Source of the DNA: Gammaproteobacteria bacterium
GTDB lineage: Bacteria > Pseudomonadota > Gammaproteobacteria > Magnimaribacterales > TMED112
Assembly: GCA_038147295.1 (NCBI GenBank)
Contig: JAYQTH010000002.1
Coordinates: 741,850 to 805,849, forward strand
Length of the DNA stretch: 64,000 bases
Direction: 5' to 3'
How positions within the stretch are numbered: position 1 is the stretch's first letter; every line of letters begins with the position of its first letter. Below, piece after piece: positions 57,727-64,000 of the stretch. The notes under the pieces were generated by a model that had not been told where the DNA came from, did not search any database, and was given only the letters and a program-made list of their open reading frames with translations. The position numbers and the translations under genes are program-made.

Positions 57727-58152
57727 TTAGTTAAAAATAATTCTGTTGATCATCTCGACACGAACTATCTCTCTGATATCTTCGTACCCTTGAGCTCTTG
57801 CTGTTTGATCGTCTTCAGAAATAACCTGTCTAAATTTCTCTTGAAACTCAGCCTGTTGCTCGTCTGTCCATGGATCAAGACTTGCATAATTTGGATAGTT
57901 AATAGTTAGATAAACATAGCTATTGTTGCCAACATGAACGTTGTAGCCATCAATTAGCCCCATTTCTTGTTGGATTTTATTGGCCGCAACCCATGTTTTC
58001 TCCAGACCATCTAAATAATCTTGAATGTAATTTGTTTTAACCTTCACTACGGTAAGCTGTGTTACTCCCGGTGCTGGTTCTCTGCTTGGTTCATCTTCCT
58101 GTGAAAATGCGTATATTGAAAAAGTAAGTAATAAAGATAGAAAATACTTCAT
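57727..58152 (-). CDS. Hypothetical secreted protein
   Basis: 141 aa with the signal peptide MKYFLSLLLTFSIYAFS. I recognise no motif. Confidence 0.5.
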   Translation of the reverse strand: MKYFLSLLLTFSIYAFSQEDEPSREPAPGVTQLTVVKVKTNYIQDYLDGLEKTWVAANKIQQEMGLIDGYNVHVGNNSYVYLTINYPNYASLDPWTDEQQAEFQEKFRQVISEDDQTARAQGYEDIREIVRVEMINRIIFN

Positions 58153-58234
58153 AATTCCTCCTATTTTGATTCTATAGAAATGGCTAAAAAAAAACCACTA
58201 AAAATGTGTGTCAGAGTGAATGACATCAAGAAGA

Positions 58235-58310
<76 letters not shown>

Positions 58311-58355
58311 ACAGGAGTAATTATATAAGCAAATTATGATTTTTAAAGTCTAAGA

Positions 58356-59087
58356 TTATTCTTCTATTTTTTTCTCTATCGAAGATAAAAAGCCCCTTAA
58401 AAAATTTACTTCCATTTCGTCAAGACCTACACGCGTAAATAATCTTTTTATTCGAGCACCAATTTGTCTTGGATTGCCTTTATTGTAGACTTCAAGTTGC
58501 TCTGCAACTTTAATGAAATGACTAATGAGGTTGTTAATGTGGTTTGATTTAGCCATTGGTACATCCCATAAATGTGCTTGTGATGCTTGCGTCTGTAACA
58601 TTTTATCCAAGTACAGCTGATAACATACTACCTGAACTGACATTGCTAAATTTAATACTGGGTATTCAGGATTAGCTGGTATTGATAAATGCAGATTTGA
58701 TCTTTGCAACTCATCATTGGTTAACCCTCTATCTTCTCGACCAAACATAATCGCAATTTTTGATGTGTCAGAATGTTTAATAATCTTAGGCGAAGCTTCT
58801 TCTAATGATTCGCATGGCCAAGGCACTCGTCTCATTCTAGAGGATGTTGCAACCACAAAGTTTGTATCCTCTAATGCTTCATCAAGTGATGTCACAACTT
58901 TTACAGAATCTAGTAAATCGGATGCATTGGCCGACATAGCTAAAGCTTCATCTGATGGGAAATTTTTGGGATTGACTAAAACCAGCTCACTAAAATCCAT
59001 CGTCTTCATAGCTCTTAGTGCTGATCCAATATTGCCAGAATTTGTTGTTTCAATAAGAATTATTTTGACTTGACTGCCTAAACTCAT
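58356..59087 (-). CDS. trmJ: tRNA (cytidine/uridine-2'-O)-methyltransferase TrmJ (SpoU family)
   Basis: 243 aa with ILIET.NSGNIG...RAM...G, FGRE..GL.N.EL and IP.NPEYP.LNL. It is divergent from suhB, as in E. coli. Confidence 0.85.
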   Translation of the reverse strand: MSLGSQVKIILIETTNSGNIGSALRAMKTMDFSELVLVNPKNFPSDEALAMSANASDLLDSVKVVTSLDEALEDTNFVVATSSRMRRVPWPCESLEEASPKIIKHSDTSKIAIMFGREDRGLTNDELQRSNLHLSIPANPEYPVLNLAMSVQVVCYQLYLDKMLQTQASQAHLWDVPMAKSNHINNLISHFIKVAEQLEVYNKGNPRQIGARIKRLFTRVGLDEMEVNFLRGFLSSIEKKIEE

Positions 59088-59099
59088 AATATAGTCACT

Positions 59100-59906
59100 A
59101 TGTCATTGCCTCCAATCTTAAACAGAGCACTTAAAGCATCTTATGAGGGTGCCAATGAGATTATTCATTTTAGTAAAAGAATAGATAATCTAGAAGTAAT
59201 TTCTAAAGGAAAAAATGATATCACCACCAATCTGGATAAGCAGGTTGAAGAAAAAGTTTTTGATTACTTAAAACAATACTACCCAGATTTTGGTTATTTT
59301 GGAGAAGAGTCTGGAATTGATGGCTTAGAAAATAAAGATCAATATTGGATACTTGACCCACTAGATGGAACAAGGAATTTTGTTCACCAATACCCACATT
59401 ATGCTCTTTCCTTAGCATGCGTTAGTGAAGGAAAAGTCATTTGTGCAGTTATTATTGATCCTGTACGAGATGAAGTTTTTTGTGCTGGCGAAGGGACAGG
59501 AGCTCTACTTAACAATAAAAGAATTAGGGCAAGCAAAAAAAATACACTGACAAATGCCATGCTTGCAAATGTCGGGCATATTAATGCAGAGCAAAATTAT
59601 AAATACTCTATTTTAGACTCTATCAAGGAGCTAAATTCTTACGATGTGACATTACGTAGATCAGGCTGTACAACATTGGATCTAGCTTATGCAGCTTCAG
59701 GAAGAATTGATGGGTTTTGGGGTTACGGACTTCAGTTATGGGACAGAGCAGCAGGATTATTTCTAGCACAAAGTGCAGGCTGTCTTATTAGTTCCTTTAA
59801 TGGTGTGCCTGATTCATATGATCATGACCATGTGATTGTAGCTACACCTAAATGTTTTAAAGATTTATCAAAGTGTATTCAGAAAGGTTTTCAATCTAAA
59901 GAATAA
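59100..59906 (+). CDS. suhB: Inositol monophosphatase family protein
   Basis: 268 aa with GEESG, WILDPLDGT.NF and W.YGLQLWD.AAG. Confidence 0.9.
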   Translation: MSLPPILNRALKASYEGANEIIHFSKRIDNLEVISKGKNDITTNLDKQVEEKVFDYLKQYYPDFGYFGEESGIDGLENKDQYWILDPLDGTRNFVHQYPHYALSLACVSEGKVICAVIIDPVRDEVFCAGEGTGALLNNKRIRASKKNTLTNAMLANVGHINAEQNYKYSILDSIKELNSYDVTLRRSGCTTLDLAYAASGRIDGFWGYGLQLWDRAAGLFLAQSAGCLISSFNGVPDSYDHDHVIVATPKCFKDLSKCIQKGFQSKE

Positions 59907-60805
59907 CTCTCTTCAGGCTCGTTTTTAGGTTTCTCCATATCTTTTACGCTAAGATTTAAACCCAACAAAACGCCAACAACTATCACAATAGATGAATATG
60001 AGCCAACAATAACGCCAATAGATAGCGCTAGGCTAAAATTTTGCAGAGCAGCACCGCCTGCAACAAGCAATGCTATAAGAACTAATAAAGTCGTAAAAGA
60101 TGTGATAATTGTTCTTGTAAGCACCTGATTTAAAGAAAGATTAATTAGACTATCGGCACTGCCTTTGGAATTTTTATCTAAGAGATTTTCTCTTATTCGA
60201 TCTGAAACAACAATTGAGTCATTTAAAGAATATCCAACAATAGCCAGTAGAGCAGCAAGCACTGAAAGATCAAATGTTAGATTGAATAAAGAAAATATTC
60301 CTAGAATAATTAATACATCGTGCACCAAAGCAGCAATGGCACCATATCCAAATTTTATTTGAAATCTGAAAATGATGTACAAGAGAATAGCAAAAATTGC
60401 CACCAAAATAGCAATACCACCCTTATCTCGTAATTCTTCACCTATTTGCGGGAAAATTGTTTCACTTTTAGTCACCTCTCCTAAATAATTATCTTCTTGA
60501 AGTTTTGCAATAACCGTTTCTGCATTCAAATTTAAGGACTCATCACTTTGAAATTTAATTAAGACATCTTCATCACTTCCGAAATTTAAAACTACAAAAT
60601 TAGCTCCATCAATTTCATTCAGACTTCCTCTAATTTTTTCAAGGTCAGCTTTCGACTCGTACTTTAGCTCAACTGATACCCCTCCTGTGAAATCTAGTCC
60701 CAGGTTAAGGCCTTTCAGAAAGAGTGTGCCTATAGCTATAACCAGCATGGATGCAGAAAATAGCAATGCAGGCCTGTTAAATTTTGTAAAAGGTATATTC
60801 ATCAT
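59891..60805 (-). CDS. secF: Protein translocase subunit SecF
   Basis: 304 aa with GLDFTGG and the C-terminal 6-TM module with HDV....G, SLND.IVV.DRIRE and R...TS.TT. Confidence 0.95.
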   Translation of the reverse strand: MMNIPFTKFNRPALLFSASMLVIAIGTLFLKGLNLGLDFTGGVSVELKYESKADLEKIRGSLNEIDGANFVVLNFGSDEDVLIKFQSDESLNLNAETVIAKLQEDNYLGEVTKSETIFPQIGEELRDKGGIAILVAIFAILLYIIFRFQIKFGYGAIAALVHDVLIILGIFSLFNLTFDLSVLAALLAIVGYSLNDSIVVSDRIRENLLDKNSKGSADSLINLSLNQVLTRTIITSFTTLLVLIALLVAGGAALQNFSLALSIGVIVGSYSSIVIVVGVLLGLNLSVKDMEKPKNEPEESYSLD

Positions 60806-62640
60806 ATTTTTAAATCCCTTACATCGCGGTAGCCATAAATTAGATTAACAAGAGATCTTGTTACCAATATAGCTGTGAAGATAGATGTTACAATTCCAAT
60901 ACTTAAAGTCACAGCAAAACCTTTTATTGGACCAGTTCCAATGGCATAAAGAATTAGTGCCACAATTAAAGTAGTAATATTAGCATCCATAATGGTGCTA
61001 AAAGCCTTGGAGAAACCATTTCTTATTGCATTTTGTGGATCAATATTATTCTTAATCTCTTCAGAAATTCTGGCAAAAATTAATACATTCGCATCGACAG
61101 CCATACCAACAGTAAGAACAATTCCAGCAATCCCTGGTAGCGTTAGAGTGCCGCCCACCACAGACATGATTGATATGACTAAAATTAAATTGCACATCAG
61201 AGCAATGTTGGCTGAAAGACCAAATAATCTATATCTAATGAGCATAAAAATAAAAACTAAAATAAAACCAATAATTATGGAGTTAATTCCTTTTTGAATA
61301 TTCTCCTGACCAAGAGTAGGCCCAATGGTTTGTTCCTCAACAAATTTCATAGGTGCTGCCAATGCACCTGCTCTCAGTAAAAGTGCAAGCTCACTGGCTT
61401 CAGTTGAGCTAGAGAGGCCTGTGATTCGAAAACTTGTGCCCAACACAGCTTGAATTGTTGCATTACTGATTATTCCCTTTTCAATGTAGGATTCTTGAAC
61501 AACGTTATCGTCTTGATCAAAAAATGTTTTGGTTTTCTCTTCAACCAATACAACTCCTAATCGTCTACCAATATTTCCATTAGTAGCTTTCTGCATTGCT
61601 CTTCCTCCTTCAATATCTAAGCTAATATTTACTTGAGGGCGTCCATTTTCATCAAAACTGCTTTGTGCATTTGTCACACTATCCCCGGTCAAGATGACAA
61701 TTTTTTCTAAAAATGCTGATCCTTGAAATGTATTGCGATAATTAAATTTTTCTTTTCTTAAAAAAGAGTCATTGTTTCTAGCTTCGAGTCTAAATTCTAA
61801 GTTTGCTGTCTTTCCAATTATTTTTTTTGCAGATGCTGAATCTTGAACTCCAGGAAGCTCAACTACTATTCTACCCCTGCCCTCTCGCTGCACAATTGGT
61901 TCTGATACACCCAACTCATTTACTCTATTTCTAAGTGCAACAAGGTTTTGCTCTACAGCATAATCAACTATTTCCGAAAGATAATTGTCTGTATATCTAA
62001 GTTCTAAATCTAGATTAGATTGAATGAGTGAATACTTGTTACCTGAGGTAGTAAAGTTATTTTGATTTAGATAATCTCTTCCTTTTTCTAAATCATCTTG
62101 AGATGAAAATTTTAATAAAACTCTATCATCGAAAGATTCAAAATTTACAAGAAAACCTTGATTTTTAAATTCATCAGTGAGCGATGCAGCTTCTGAAGAA
62201 AGTCTTTCTTCAGAGTATCTATCTGTGTCAACTTCTAAAAGAAAATGTATGCCTCCTGCTAAATCAAGACCTAAATTAATAGGGCTAGCTCCAAGATTTT
62301 GTAACCACTCTGGTGTTGATGGTTCTGATGTAAGAGCAATAATAAAATCTCCGCCAGAGTAATCGGCTAGCACCCTTCTTGATGCTAGTTGAGATTCAAC
62401 ATCATCTAATACAATTTTTACAGATGCTTCACTTGCTTCAATAGATTGAAATGAGATCTCTTCTTTAGTTAACTCATTTGTTATTCCGGCTAAAAAATTA
62501 TCATTTAGCTGAATACTTGAATCACCAACCGCAATTTGTAAAGCTGGTTTTGATGGATAGATATTCGGTAATGCAAATAAGGCTCCCAGTATAAGTACTG
62601 AAAAAATAAGAAAATACTGCCAAACCTTAAATCTATTCAC
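60802..62640 (-). CDS. secD: Protein translocase subunit SecD
   Basis: 612 aa with LGLDL.GG, a large periplasmic domain, GP.LG, LTLPGIAGI.LT.GMAVDANVLIF.RI.EE and D.N.TT. Confidence 0.95.
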   Translation of the reverse strand: MNRFKVWQYFLIFSVLILGALFALPNIYPSKPALQIAVGDSSIQLNDNFLAGITNELTKEEISFQSIEASEASVKIVLDDVESQLASRRVLADYSGGDFIIALTSEPSTPEWLQNLGASPINLGLDLAGGIHFLLEVDTDRYSEERLSSEAASLTDEFKNQGFLVNFESFDDRVLLKFSSQDDLEKGRDYLNQNNFTTSGNKYSLIQSNLDLELRYTDNYLSEIVDYAVEQNLVALRNRVNELGVSEPIVQREGRGRIVVELPGVQDSASAKKIIGKTANLEFRLEARNNDSFLRKEKFNYRNTFQGSAFLEKIVILTGDSVTNAQSSFDENGRPQVNISLDIEGGRAMQKATNGNIGRRLGVVLVEEKTKTFFDQDDNVVQESYIEKGIISNATIQAVLGTSFRITGLSSSTEASELALLLRAGALAAPMKFVEEQTIGPTLGQENIQKGINSIIIGFILVFIFMLIRYRLFGLSANIALMCNLILVISIMSVVGGTLTLPGIAGIVLTVGMAVDANVLIFARISEEIKNNIDPQNAIRNGFSKAFSTIMDANITTLIVALILYAIGTGPIKGFAVTLSIGIVTSIFTAILVTRSLVNLIYGYRDVRDLKI

Positions 62641-62939
62641 TGTGATTCAATGCTGCTTATTGTGCCTTTTGGTAATTGTGAAGAAATAAATTCTTTTTGC
62701 ATATTTATTGTCACATTTTCATTAAGCTTTACTGAGACGTATCTCTCTTTGACATTTTCTATTTTGCCAACCAAACCAGATGAGGTCATAACTTCATCAC
62801 CTTTTTGTAAGCCTGAAACTAGTTGTTCATGTTCTTTTCTTCTTTTTTGTTGTGGTCTAATCGTTACGAAATAAACAAATAGAAAGAAAAACAATAACAT
62901 CAAAAATGGAAAAAATGTTGGTGCTGCCGCTTCGTTCAT
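62637..62939 (-). CDS. yajC: Preprotein translocase subunit YajC
   Basis: 100 aa with a single TM helix, RPQQKR.KEH, L.KGDEV.T..G..G.I. Confidence 0.9.
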   Translation of the reverse strand: MNEAAAPTFFPFLMLLFFFLFVYFVTIRPQQKRRKEHEQLVSGLQKGDEVMTSSGLVGKIENVKERYVSVKLNENVTINMQKEFISSQLPKGTISSIESQ

Positions 62940-62946
62940 ATAACTC

Positions 62947-64000
<1,054 letters not shown>

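Noticed and set aside
57703-57909. 68-aa plus-strand ORF after the amidase gene
   Set aside because: It starts inside the terminator hairpin and runs entirely antisense to the better-supported secreted-protein gene at 57727-58152. It has no motif or signal.

Overview
The window is a gene-dense (roughly 95% coding), AT-rich bacterial chromosome segment. It has no rRNA, CRISPR array, transposase, integrase or obvious prophage. The housekeeping synteny is gammaproteobacterial: tgt-yajC-secD-secF, divergent trmJ/suhB, cysS, thrS, pyrC, tadA, folE and a full trp gene set. With the low G+C and pervasive 1-13 nt gene overlaps, this suggests a streamlined marine gammaproteobacterium, possibly SAR86-like. 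That assignment is inference only; no search was run. I call about 65 protein genes, three tRNAs (Gly-UCC, Gly-GCC, Glu-UUC), three Fur-box operators, a few intrinsic terminators and one coding tandem repeat. Six regions merit a second look. (1) A minus-strand cluster encodes a truncated MarR-like wHTH, two tandem paralogous 6-TM proteins of unknown family and a NatAB-like ABC exporter, with a perfect palindrome upstream. (2) A Fur-controlled divergent promoter drives a TonB-dependent receptor on one side. On the other side it faces an indoleamine-2,3-dioxygenase-family gene, a lipoprotein with a type-1-copper (cupredoxin) C-terminus, and a DUF4399 gene lacking a canonical start codon. The same 25-nt promoter/operator cassette recurs in front of a solitary FTR1 iron permease 16 kb away. 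(3) The only large intergenic region (494 bp) holds a G+C-elevated, purine-rich segment of about 225 nt, bounded by a candidate promoter and a strong intrinsic terminator, directly upstream of pheA. It could be an unclassified sRNA or a leader. (4) A photolyase-related gene is translationally coupled to an orphan ligase-associated MBL exonuclease. (5) The trp genes form one contiguous block in the order F-B-A-E-G-D-C behind a cupin gene. (6) A three-gene ECF sigma module is present. None of these can be declared a new system from sequence alone. All functional calls rest on motif recognition by eye, and start codons are approximate where noted.
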